Shown in pieces: positions 29,001-41,315 of a stretch of DNA of 46,427 bases. The first letter of the stretch is position 1. Each line of letters begins with the position of its first letter. The translations under genes and the position numbers were made by a program. The notes beneath the pieces are model-generated. The model was not told the origin of the DNA. It ran no database searches and saw only the letters and a program-made list of their open reading frames with translations. The DNA is from Bugula neritina (lineage: Eukaryota > Animalia > Bryozoa), in NCBI GenBank assembly GCA_964035545.1, contig CAXIUT010000025.1, positions 1 through 46,427 on the forward strand, written 5' to 3'.

Positions 29001-32000
29001 ATTGATGTGAATAGTAGTACTTAGCTTTAAGGAAGTAACAAAAAGAATCTCTAGCTTCATGAAGAAATAGAAAATCTCAGAAAAGAACTTAATAAGTATG
29101 TTGAAACTAACTAAAGTCTGAGTCAAGAGAAGATATTACTTGCTACAGAAGTTTAGAACTTGAAAAATAAGATCAGAGATATTGATGTGAATAGTAGTAC
29201 TTAGCTTTAAGGAAGTAACAAAAAGAATCTCTAGCTTCATGAAGAAATAGAAAATCTCAGAAAAGAACTTAATAAGTATGTTGAAACTAACTAAAGTCTG
29301 AGTCAAGAGAAGATATTACTTGCTACAGAAGTTTAGAACTTGAAAAATAAGATCAGAGATATTGATGTGAATAGTAGTACTTAGCTTTAAGGAAGTAACA
29401 AAAAGAATCTCTAGCTTCATGAAGAAATAGAAAATCTCAGAAAAGAACTTAATAAGTATGTTGAAACTAACTAAAGTCTGAGTCAAGAGAAGATATTACT
29501 TGCTACAGAAGTTTAGAACTTGAAAAATAAGATCAGAGATATTGATGTGAATAGTAGTACTTAGCTTTAAGGAAGTAACAAAAAGAATCTCTAGCTTCAT
29601 GAAGAAATAGAAAATCTCAGAAAAGAACTTAATAAGTATGTTGAAACTAACTAAAGTCTGAGTCAAGAGAAGATATTACTTGCTACAGAAGTTTAGAACT
29701 TGAAAAATAAGATCAGAGATATTGATGTGAATAGTAGTACTTAGCTTTAAGGAAGTAACAAAAAGAATCTCTAGCTTCATGAAGAAATAGAAAATCTCAG
29801 AAAAGAACTTAATAAGTATGTTGAAACTAACTAAAGTCTGAGTCAAGAGAAGATATTACTTGCTACAGAAGTTTAGAACTTGAAAAATAAGATCAGAGAT
29901 ATTGATGTGAATAGTAGTACTTAGCTTTAAGGAAGTAACAAAAAGAATCTCTAGCTTCATGAAGAAATAGAAAATCTCAGAAAAGAACTTAATAAGTATG
30001 TTGAAACTAACTAAAGTCTGAGTCAAGAGAAGATATTACTTGCTACAGAAGTTTAGAACTTGAAAAATAAGATCAGAGATATTGATGTGAATAGTAGTAC
30101 TTAGCTTTAAGGAAGTAACAAAAAGAATCTCTAGCTTCATGAAGAAATAGAAAATCTCAGAAAAGAACTTAATAAGTATGTTGAAACTAACTAAAGTCTG
30201 AGTCAAGAGAAGATATTACTTGCTACAGAAGTTTAGAACTTGAAAAATAAGATCAGAGATATTGATGTGAATAGTAGTACTTAGCTTTAAGGAAGTAACA
30301 AAAAGAATCTCTAGCTTCATGAAGAAATAGAAAATCTCAGAAAAGAACTTAATAAGTATGTTGAAACTAACTAAAGTCTGAGTCAAGAGAAGATATTACT
30401 TGCTACAGAAGTTTAGAACTTGAAAAATAAGATCAGAGATATTGATGTGAATAGTAGTACTTAGCTTTAAGGAAGTAACAAAAAGAATCTCTAGCTTCAT
30501 GAAGAAATAGAAAATCTCAGAAAAGAACTTAATAAGTATGTTGAAACTAACTAAAGTCTGAGTCAAGAGAAGATATTACTTGCTACAGAAGTTTAGAACT
30601 TGAAAAATAAGATCAGAGATATTGATGTGAATAGTAGTACTTAGCTTTAAGGAAGTAACAAAAAGAATCTCTAGCTTCATGAAGAAATAGAAAATCTCAG
30701 AAAAGAACTTAATAAGTATGTTGAAACTAACTAAAGTCTGAGTCAAGAGAAGATATTACTTGCTACAGAAGTTTAGAACTTGAAAAATAAGATCAGAGAT
30801 ATTGATGTGAATAGTAGTACTTAGCTTTAAGGAAGTAACAAAAAGAATCTCTAGCTTCATGAAGAAATAGAAAATCTCAGAAAAGAACTTAATAAGTATG
30901 TTGAAACTAACTAAAGTCTGAGTCAAGAGAAGATATTACTTGCTACAGAAGTTTAGAACTTGAAAAATAAGATCAGAGATATTGATGTGAATAGTAGTAC
31001 TTAGCTTTAAGGAAGTAACAAAAAGAATCTCTAGCTTCATGAAGAAATAGAAAATCTCAGAAAAGAACTTAATAAGTATGTTGAAACTAACTAAAGTCTG
31101 AGTCAAGAGAAGATATTACTTGCTACAGAAGTTTAGAACTTGAAAAATAAGATCAGAGATATTGATGTGAATAGTAGTACTTAGCTTTAAGGAAGTAACA
31201 AAAAGAATCTCTAGCTTCATGAAGAAATAGAAAATCTCAGAAAAGAACTTAATAAGTATGTTGAAACTAACTAAAGTCTGAGTCAAGAGAAGATATTACT
31301 TGCTACAGAAGTTTAGAACTTGAAAAATAAGATCAGAGATATTGATGTGAATAGTAGTACTTAGCTTTAAGGAAGTAACAAAAAGAATCTCTAGCTTCAT
31401 GAAGAAATAGAAAATCTCAGAAAAGAACTTAATAAGTATGTTGAAACTAACTAAAGTCTGAGTCAAGAGAAGATATTACTTGCTACAGAAGTTTAGAACT
31501 TGAAAAATAAGATCAGAGATATTGATGTGAATAGTAGTACTTAGCTTTAAGGAAGTAACAAAAAGAATCTCTAGCTTCATGAAGAAATAGAAAATCTCAG
31601 AAAAGAACTTAATAAGTATGTTGAAACTAACTAAAGTCTGAGTCAAGAGAAGATATTACTTGCTACAGAAGTTTAGAACTTGAAAAATAAGATCAGAGAT
31701 ATTGATGTGAATAGTAGTACTTAGCTTTAAGGAAGTAACAAAAAGAATCTCTAGCTTCATGAAGAAATAGAAAATCTCAGAAAAGAACTTAATAAGTATG
31801 TTGAAACTAACTAAAGTCTGAGTCAAGAGAAGATATTACTTGCTACAGAAGTTTAGAACTTGAAAAATAAGATCAGAGATATTGATGTGAATAGTAGTAC
31901 TTAGCTTTAAGGAAGTAACAAAAAGAATCTCTAGCTTCATGAAGAAATAGAAAATCTCAGAAAAGAACTTAATAAGTATGTTGAAACTAACTAAAGTCTG

Positions 32001-35000
32001 AGTCAAGAGAAGATATTACTTGCTACAGAAGTTTAGAACTTGAAAAATAAGATCAGAGATATTGATGTGAATAGTAGTACTTAGCTTTAAGGAAGTAACA
32101 AAAAGAATCTCTAGCTTCATGAAGAAATAGAAAATCTCAGAAAAGAACTTAATAAGTATGTTGAAACTAACTAAAGTCTGAGTCAAGAGAAGATATTACT
32201 TGCTACAGAAGTTTAGAACTTGAAAAATAAGATCAGAGATATTGATGTGAATAGTAGTACTTAGCTTTAAGGAAGTAACAAAAAGAATCTCTAGCTTCAT
32301 GAAGAAATAGAAAATCTCAGAAAAGAACTTAATAAGTATGTTGAAACTAACTAAAGTCTGAGTCAAGAGAAGATATTACTTGCTACAGAAGTTTAGAACT
32401 TGAAAAATAAGATCAGAGATATTGATGTGAATAGTAGTACTTAGCTTTAAGGAAGTAACAAAAAGAATCTCTAGCTTCATGAAGAAATAGAAAATCTCAG
32501 AAAAGAACTTAATAAGTATGTTGAAACTAACTAAAGTCTGAGTCAAGAGAAGATATTACTTGCTACAGAAGTTTAGAACTTGAAAAATAAGATCAGAGAT
32601 ATTGATGTGAATAGTAGTACTTAGCTTTAAGGAAGTAACAAAAAGAATCTCTAGCTTCATGAAGAAATAGAAAATCTCAGAAAAGAACTTAATAAGCATG
32701 TTGAAACTAACTAAAGTCTGAGTCAAGAGAAGATATTACTTGCTACAGAAGTTTAGAACTTAAAAAATACAATTACAGATTTTTAGCTCAATAAGAATTA
32801 ATTAGAGGGAAGCCACAGAAAATTAGAAACTGAAACAGCAACTTTAAAAGGATAATTAAATTATTTGCGTAAATAAATATAGGATAAAAAAAGTTAGCTT
32901 TCTAAATCTCAAATTTTACTCCAATAATAGGTGATATAAAAAACAAAATTAGGATATCAGTGTTCGCTTTTGTAATAAAATTTTAAGAAGGTTAAAGAGG
33001 AAATGGAATATCTATCATTAGAAAAAGAAGATAAATAAAGTTTAATGAAAAAACTAGTCGAAAATTCTTAAAAACTTTAATCTTTATCACAACAAAATTA
33101 AAATTTGAATAACGCTATCAGCAATCTCTAAAAAGAGCATCTAATCAAAATGGACAATTAAAGATAAGAGCAAAGAGATCACTATCTTTAGATGTAAAGA
33201 AAATATTCTAAAGAAGTTGAATAGCTGTATGAACAACTATCTATAATTAGAACAAAAAAAGATCATCTAAAATTGTAATTAGACTAATCAAAGAAGATAT
33301 AAAAGTAATTGAAAGAATAACTATAAAAATTAAAAGATCGGACAAAGAAAGATCAATCATGGCTTAACGATTACTAAAATTAAAGAGGAGAACTAACTGA
33401 TAAAATATTGCAACTGACTGAATAAAATAATGAATATAGTGAATTAATATAAAATTTAAGAAACGATTTAATGACAAAAATGATCAGATATATGAATACA
33501 AAGAACAATTATAGAAAATAAGTTAATAATCTAGAAAGTAGGACCAAATGGATCAAATAAATAGCTACACATGTCAATTTAACTTGATAAATAGGCTTTA
33601 TAAATTATGGTAGAAAAGATGTAAGCTATAAATAAACAAATAATGGCTAAAAATTAAATACTCCAGAATCAAATCAACTAAAAAATTAGAACTGAAAGAT
33701 AAATGATTGATAAATTGTAGCATTATAAAGGAAGATAAACCAGATAAAGAAATAATTCTACTGATAGCTGGGTTTCAAGAAGTAAAGCTTTTTCTGATGA
33801 AAAAAGTCAAAATCTTCATAATTAACTCTAATCTTTAAAGATGAAACTAGAGTCAGCTGAAGCCTACATTCTTCAGTTAGAAGACGACTGCAAAGTGATG
33901 AATGAAAATCAGGAAGATTCTCATCTGTAATTAACATTAAAGAAAAACCAAACTCTTTAAAAATAGGTTGATGATTTAAAGATGAAAGTCGAATATCAAT
34001 AAGCCTATATAGATCATTTAGAAGCAGATAATATAAAAAATTCAATTATATCAAGACGAAGCGGAACATAAAAAAGAAATAAACGTCTATCTGTTGATAA
34101 AGACAATTCTGTGATATCAATCGAACAATCAAATCGATTTTCAAAGGACTCAAATGAATAGATGGTATTGAAGGTGAGTTGGATTAATGAATTTATAGAA
34201 AGTTATAGGAAAGATTCTTTATCAATGGAAGTAGAAGAAGATTTCAGGAAGAAATTGAATAATCCTGTATTAGATCAATTGCTTAATACTGTTTTTTATA
34301 AGTTGTAAAAAGATACAAATAATATCAGATAAAAATAACATTAAATAGCTGAGTTATAAATGGAAAATTAACAATTTCAAGAGGAACTTAAAGCAAGTCG
34401 TATGAATCTTTAAAATTTATATAAAAAATTATAGCAGTACGATAATATTTAGAAAAAATATGATTAAACAAGGAAAATGTTAGAGTAATCTTTAATGTTA
34501 AAATTGAAAAATGAAGCTGATATAGCTTAAAATAAAAGATATATTTAAGAATTATAAAGAAAGAATTCATTTAGTTTTTTGGATCATAAATTAAAGATGT
34601 CAAAAGAAAGTTCTGCTTAAAATAAAGATAAATAGAAATAGGTACTTTCTATTTTAAAGGAATAAAACTAATAAAATTAAGAAAATTCTTCTAATTCAGT
34701 AATGGAAGCAGATTAATAATCAGAAATGCCTTCAGAAATACATCATTCGAAAGAGTTTAGTAAGAGTGTATAAAAAAAGAATGAGAAAGAGACGAAATTA
34801 TTGAAGATGGGCAAATTTATATCAATTGAAAATCATTTAGGTTTAGAAGATAGAAATATGTCTATCAAATTTTTAAGTAGTATTTTGGATGAAATAGACC
34901 AAATATAAAATTAGGTGGCTTATATTCACCTTGATTTAGAATAAAAAGGATAAATTCTTCAACAATTACTTTAAAAATAAAAATAAAAATCTTAAAAATA

Positions 35001-35847
35001 AATCGATCAGCCTTCTAATGAAAATAAATAACATATAAAAAGTTAAATTTCTATTTAAAAAGAAAAAGAAAGCCTAAAGATATAGTAAGATAATAGTTAA
35101 ATACAGAAACAACCAATGAAGTAAATAAATTATTTTTTATAACTTTTGAAGTTATAAGATGAGAATTTCCAATAACTAATTTCATAAATATCTAACTAAC
35201 AAATAAAAACAATAAAAAAGAAACTTTAATAAATAACATAGTAAAGATACGATGACTGCATAGATTTTTTAACTAATTAAGAATCCTTGATTTTAGATAT
35301 TTTGAATATGTCAGAAGAGGAAAGCATGAACCATCAAACTATGGAAAGACTTGCAACAAGATTTACCAGACTATAAATAACACATATTATAACTAATTCT
35401 CATAATAAGATATAAGCAAGAAAAACTCTAAGAAAAGTACTAAATGAAGAACCTGCCAGAAGTGAAATTTCTGATTAAAACGATTTTTCTCCTGATCCAG
35501 ATAAAATGCTATAAATAAGAGAAAGCATCTTTGCTTATCCAACTGAATTAAGTCTATCAATGCACAATCATCTCCTACATATACTTTCTGCACCAACAAG
35601 ACACGTATTTTATGATTTTATTTAACAATTTTACAAAGGATTGAAAATGTTTGAAGATAGAATAGCTGAGTAGGCTTCTGAGAGTGCCAGTCGATCCGAT
35701 AGTAATTCGAAGTTGATGGCTAAACTGTTGGAGGATTCAATGGCTTAGTTGGAGTTCAAGGAGATGCAGAAGTTCAGTGTAGTTGATTTTAAGAATTTGA
35801 AGTATCGTTCTAGTTCTTGTAAGGTGAATGCTAAGAGCAAAGGTTGA
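26010..35847 (+). CDS. Giant coiled-coil protein with 60-aa tandem repeats (~3270 aa)
   Basis: Same frame from ATG 26010 through the repeat array to ~33570, then the +1 frame to TGA 35845-35847. A 22-nt GT..AG intron at 33573-33594 (tentative) joins them. Extremely E/K/N/L-rich. Confidence 0.8.
28348..32769 (+). repeat. Coding tandem repeat, 180 bp x ~24.5
   Basis: 24 apparently identical units plus a partial 25th with two substitutions; unit encodes ENLRKELNKYVETNESLSQEKILLATEVENLKNKIRDIDVNSSTELEGSNKKNLELHEEI. Confidence 0.97.
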
Positions 35848-35871
35848 ATACTCATTTTATATTATTTAATT

Positions 35872-36131
35872 ATGGAACATAGTCAATCTTTTAAATAAAA
35901 CTCTATGAAAGAGTAGATTTTCACTACTGCCAACTTTTGCATCAAACACTGTAAAACAATCAATAAAAGTAACATTACTATCGGCTAGGCTCAATGTTTG
36001 GGTATTTTTAATGTTATAAAGAGAACTGTGGATATAATCGAGCATATTTGGGATCTTATTTCAAATAAATTTTCAATGGAACAATAGCTCATACGATGGC
36101 AAGTCTAGGAGTTGATTCTGGATAAGTTTGA
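35872..36131 (+). CDS. Small Tim chaperone-like protein (Tim10/DDP family, twin CX3C), 79 aa
   Basis: FCIKHC...QCLENC twin CX3C formed after removing 20-nt intron 36002-36021. Confidence 0.65.
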
Positions 36132-36173
36132 TTGATTTGTATTTGATGGATAATATAATAATTAAACGAAAAG

Positions 36174-37466
36174 ATGAAGTGCAGAGGATATGCTTTGTCC
36201 TATCTTTTGATATTATTCAGTTTATCTTGGGGCATTGTGGGATATTACTGCGGATCTCGATGCTACTCTAATTCATATTGCTCCTCTTCTAATGCCGCTA
36301 GTTGCACTGCTTGTAAATCTACATACTTCAGCAGTACCAGTTGTTCTTCAAGTATCAGGTCAGCTTACTCATTAGTGGAATATGTTACTTCTCCAACAAA
36401 TATTTCATCGATGTATACTATTTCTACTGATAACAACGCTTTGACTTGCACCGGAGCTGGCAGAACCTATTCTTTTCATAACACAATGGTCGGTGGAGAC
36501 TATCTTTATCGTTGGATACCCATTACTCAACCTCACTATCAGATTATTATTCGTTTCGCAGTTGCCTACATTGGATCCTGGAGCGCCAACAATGACTATC
36601 TATTACTACAAATGAATGACACCCTTCAAACATATGACGTCAATATCACTTATACATGTGCACTATCTACATCAGGAACTGATCCAGTATGTATCTAATA
36701 TCAACCTTCAAAAGTCAATGCTTTTAACCAAATGGACTGCATGCAGAATCATTAGTTCACCTATGACCACAACACTACTTAGATGCTGTTCAACCTCTCA
36801 TCTCTGAGTAGCTAACGAGATTCAACAATGAAATTTTGGGCTCTTTTCGATATCATGATTCTCACTGTTAATTGCCATGCTTCATGCACTAAATGCTACT
36901 CAAACACAGCTACTACTTGCTTTGCCTGTGCTGATAATTTCTACTATCTAGCTAACAACACTTGTCAGAGTGGTTGTGCAGGTATGTTGATTTTACCTGC
37001 CTTAAACAACAGTTTGACAGGCTAGTGTGTCTCTTCGTGTCCTCAGGGATACTATTCCGATGGAACGACTTGTATGAATTGTCCATCTGGGTGTTCGGTT
37101 TGTACTAGTGCGAACGATTGCACTATTACAACTAGCGATGCTGAATAAACATTATGGAGTAAATATCTAACTTTATGGGTGAGTTTGATGATTCTTGGAG
37201 GATTAGTAGTTTTTGCTTTTATCTGGAGAGCATTATTCTATCAAGTTCCTTTAGCTAATGTTGAAAAAGTACCCATTAATAGAGAAAGTCGACATAACAT
37301 TGATGACTAAAGAGGAACAGCCAACTAATCTTTATAACCTCAGGAAAACTATAACTTCCATGTTGAAGATATTGATTTCAGGGACAACGTGTTAGTAGAC
37401 AACAGTCCTGTAAGGAGAAGAACTCGATTATAGCGAGATATGAACCGAATGTCTTTGGATACTTGA
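36174..37466 (+). CDS. Cys-rich single-pass surface protein (furin-like/CxxC repeats), 430 aa
   Basis: Signal peptide, CxxC repeats (CHASCTKC, CPQGYY, CPSGCSVC), TM helix LWVSLMILGGLVVFAFIW, cytoplasmic tail; intronless. Confidence 0.85.
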
Positions 37467-37561
37467 TCGGTTAATAGTTTATTATGAATGATGATGATTA
37501 TAGTATTGTAAAAAGCATTAAATAGATTATAGTCATAATTCTGTGAATAGAAGAAACAGAA

Positions 37562-38828
37562 ATGAATTTTATTAAAAACAGCGATATAGTCGAGTAGGCC
37601 TGCTCTCAATTTGTCTAGCCTCATCCCTGTCTCTACAACTTCACTCCATAAATAAGTACAATACATGCCACTCAGTGCCCTATCTCTCTGTCTACCCGCA
37701 CCTCACCTCCACCTCACAGTAAATCACCACATATGTCACAATAAACAACAAAAAGGTTTAAAATAGTCTGACTCTGCACTATATCTAAAACAGCAAAAAT
37801 AGAGATAACTGTATCGTGTATTTACATGGATTGTCATCATATTGTATAGAAGGCAAGTTTTTGTTGTCTTTGCTAGGTTAGAATTTGAGTTGCTGTCTAT
37901 TTGATGCTAGGAGTCATGGTAAAAATAAATCGAAATTCGTTACTTATGGACTCTTATAATCTTAGGAACTGGGTACAATATTTATTATCTAGAGTATGTT
38001 GTCAAAAATATCATTGATAAAGGATTCAAAAATATAGTTTTGTGGGGAAGATCCATGGGCGCTGTGACTGCTTTGAAATTTTTACAAAAATAAAAAAATA
38101 AATTGCTTAAAGATCATATCAAATATGTAGTAGCTGATGCTCCTTTTAGTTCATTTAAAGGAGTAGCTACTTAGATAGTTAGCAGAATAACTCGATTGCC
38201 TTAGTTTTTGGCAGGAATCTTGGCTGATTCTTTTTCATAAAAAATTAATTAAAAATATGGGTTAAATTTAAAAGAAATAAACATATAAAATTTGTAAACT
38301 AAAGTTCCTATCAGTTTTTTATACTCTTCTAATGATAATATGGTGGGATCAAAACATATTCAGAATATTCTTAAAGGTTTCAAAGGAAAATGCTAAAGCC
38401 ATGATATAAAAGTCGATCATAACGACGAAAGACCAAACTGGATAATATAGAAGTTGATGTATAATATAAGAGACAGGTTAAGATTCAGAGCCTTTATCAA
38501 TCGTTAGCCAGCAAAGAAAAGAGGTCTGAGTATAACCAAAAACTGTTAAACAAAAAGAGTATATTCTAATAGTCCTCTACCTTTTACTCCATATTAGTCT
38601 ACAGTTATCTAGAGAAGCAACAGAATGACTATAGCTACCGAATACCAAGGCAATGGCAAGACAAGAGTTGGCATGATGAAAGAAAATAGAATATCTACGA
38701 CAGGATCTGATTTGAAATTCAAAGGTGAGTTAGGTGGTTTTACTACTGTCAGATTGTTAAGTAGTCGAGCATATTTACGTGACAAGGATAGCAAAAAGAC
38801 AAAAAGTCAGTTATTTATTGGTGAATGA
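37562..38828 (+). CDS. Alpha/beta-fold serine hydrolase (408 aa)
   Basis: IVYLHG, FDARSHG, nucleophile elbow LWGRSMGA, DAPFSSF, SSNDNMV, DHNDERP; 20-nt introns 37656-37675 and 37973-37992. Confidence 0.88.
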
Positions 38829-38900
38829 TTTTCTCTATATTACTTATAAATAGTTCTTAATGATGGTTCATAATTTAATAAGAAATATATTGATAAGTTC

Positions 38901-39001
38901 GGGGTTGGGGTTGGGGTTGGGGGTTGGGGTTGGGGTTGGGGTTGGGGTTGGGGTTGGGGTTGGGGGTTGGGGTTGGGGTTGGGGTTGGGTTGGGGTTGGG
39001 G
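38901..39001. repeat. Internal telomeric tract (TTGGGG)n, ~101 bp, with G5 and G3 variant units
   Basis: G4T2 array with two G5 and one G3 irregularity; same polarity as the right telomere. Confidence 0.95.
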
Positions 39002-40461
39002 ACACCAATCTTCTCAATCAAAACTATAACAACTATTACGGAAACCCTTCTGTTTCCAAAGATATCAAACCAACATCCAATCCAACCGGCTCCCATCTGT
39101 CTTCCTTCGGGACGAGCAAAGATTCAGGATTATTGCCTAAAATTAGTACAGGCAGTGAGAAGAAAGACGAATAGAGGAAAAATGTTTATAGCAGATAGAA
39201 CTATAAAAAGGATGAAAACTATGTAACACCTTCTCTTGTACAATCATAAATAAGAAGAGGAGATAGTAATAGAAACTACATGACAAAAGGAAAATAGAGC
39301 GAGACAGCTTTAAGTTACTTGAAACAAATGCCAGAATAAAAATAAACAACTATTCGTCATTCTAAACAAGATTTCTAAGATATATTCAAACCAAAAACAT
39401 TGGGATTGGTTGGATTGAACAATATAGGTAATACTTGCTTTATGTACCATTTTATGATATCTAGGAATTCTACTTTACAATGTATGCTAAATCTACCAAA
39501 ATTCAATGATTATTTTTTAAATAATCATCATGCTAAAGAAATGACCAGTTCCAGTCGAGTAGCAATAGCCTATGCTAAATTAGTACAACAAGTAAAAACA
39601 ACTACCAATCGTTCATAGACTCCATCTGATATTAAAAATGCTGTAGCTAGTAAAAAAAATAGGTTTTCTGGATATGGTCAACAAGATGCCCAATAATTTT
39701 TATTGGCTCTTTTGTAGTTATTAAGTTAACAACTAAATCGGTCTAAAAATCCTAAATATAAAGAGCTAAAAGCTGATCTAAGTAAAAATACTTTATAAGA
39801 AATTGTATATTTAAAGTTATATAGAGTGAATAATGGTGGTTATACAATCGCTAGCGTTAGAATTCAGTTGTCTGTGATTATTTTGCAGGACAGATCTTGT
39901 CTAAAGTGGTATGCAGCTATTGCAAAACTTAATCAATAGCTTTTGATAATACTTGGGACTTTGATTTAAATTTCAGTCATTCCGATGGAGGATAAATCCT
40001 TAAAATGATATAAAATTTTCTAAAAGAATAAACCATCTCTCAAGATTACTACTGCAGCAAATGCAAAAGTATCATACAATTCTAACATAGATTTTAGATA
40101 ATGCAAAAGGAAAATGTCTCTATACCGCCTACCTCAAATATTAGTCCTCCAAATAAAACGTTTTTCATATGGAAAATATTCAAAACAAAAACTAAGCAAT
40201 CGCGTACGCGCACCTACTACTCTCAATCTATCTAGAGTAGTTGCGTCAGGTCAACACAGTTCAGTCAAGAATCCAATATATGATTTGGTTGGAGTAGTCA
40301 ACCATTCAGGTGAAATAAATTATGGTCACTATACTGCAGATTGCAAAAATTCAATCAATGGCCGTTGGTACTGCTTCAATGACTCTTCTGTGAGTGAGAT
40401 ATCGATTGGAGAGGAAGTGAACAGCAGCAGTCCTTATTTGTTATTTTATGCCAGAAAGTGA
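39001..40461 (+). CDS. Ubiquitin-specific protease (USP2/USP8-like, peptidase C19); 5' end abuts the internal telomere tract
   Basis: GLVGLNNIGNTCFMNSTLQC, QQDAQEFL, YCSKCK, LPQILVLQIKRF, YDLVGVVNHSGEINYGHYTA, WYCFND, YLLFY; introns 39444-39464 (21 nt), 39805-39824 (20 nt), 40069-40090 (22 nt). Start uncertain (38860 upstream of the tract, 39280, or truncated). Confidence 0.9.
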
Positions 40462-40514
40462 TTATTTGTGGTTTATGTTTTAGTCATGTTGATGTGTTGG
40501 TTTTTATAATAGTT

Positions 40515-41279
40515 ATGGACGAAAATATTAAGTAAGAAGACGATAATATCGATCTTGAAGATTCTTAGGGAATGAATTAAGATCAACAAGCTTTGTTTCT
40601 TAATATTCAAAGAAGCAAATCGGCTGATTCATTTCTTGGGAAGTTGCTGCCTCATCCGAATTAGGTTCCTGAACGTTCTTTGGTTTGGGATTTTGGACCT
40701 TTGACGAATAATATTGTTATAAATCATGGCCCGAAAGCATCCAAGGAAAAAGTGTAAGTATAAACGTAGAATAAGAAGGAAGAGAATTTACATATATTTA
40801 AAAAGGTGAAAAAGGAGAAGGTAAGGAGTCGTTGTGATTACTAGAAGAATATATGCGGCTACATAACAAAGAAAGTAATACGTGAATTCGTCAGTAAGAA
40901 CTACTAGCGTTAGGTGTTATAGTTGGTTCGGCAGCACAAATGCAATTATACTGAACTAAAAGCATACTATCTGAAGAAGGTCGAGTTCGTAACTGGTCCA
41001 AGTCACTTACCTGAACTGTTTGTTCCTTCTCCAGGAGATTCTTAGGGTATGATTAATTGCAAGAAAGTGTTTAAGAATTTTTATCGATGGTTTTTGAAGT
41101 AAAGATATTTGAGGTATTTGCTTTTGGAGGGCAAAATGGATAAAAAGTTAGCATACATATAGTACAAGAACAACCATTTGTTTAAATTTGTGAGGGAAGA
41201 TGATGATGAGGTACCTGTAGCTGTAAGGACGAGGAGGAGTAGAAGTGCAGTAAAGCAGGAAGAGTTATAAGATGAGTGA
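40515..41279 (+). CDS. Hypothetical protein, probable ciliate-specific family (254 aa)
   Basis: Intronless ATG-TGA frame; basic helical domain KNICGYITKKVIREF..KKVFKNFYRWFLKERYLRYLLLEGKM..AYIEYKN. Confidence 0.75.
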
Positions 41280-41315
41280 TCACTTCAATTATTAGTTTAA
41301 TAGTAATTAATTTAA

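Noticed and set aside
28348-32769. CRISPR array or non-coding satellite
   Set aside because: No unique spacers; the 180-bp unit is in frame within a continuous ORF in eukaryotic context.
33510-33565. Euplotes-type +1 frameshift at AAA-TAA
   Set aside because: AAA TAA (Lys-Glu) occurs many times in this gene without a shift, TAA is a sense codon here, and an intron or indel explains the shift more simply.
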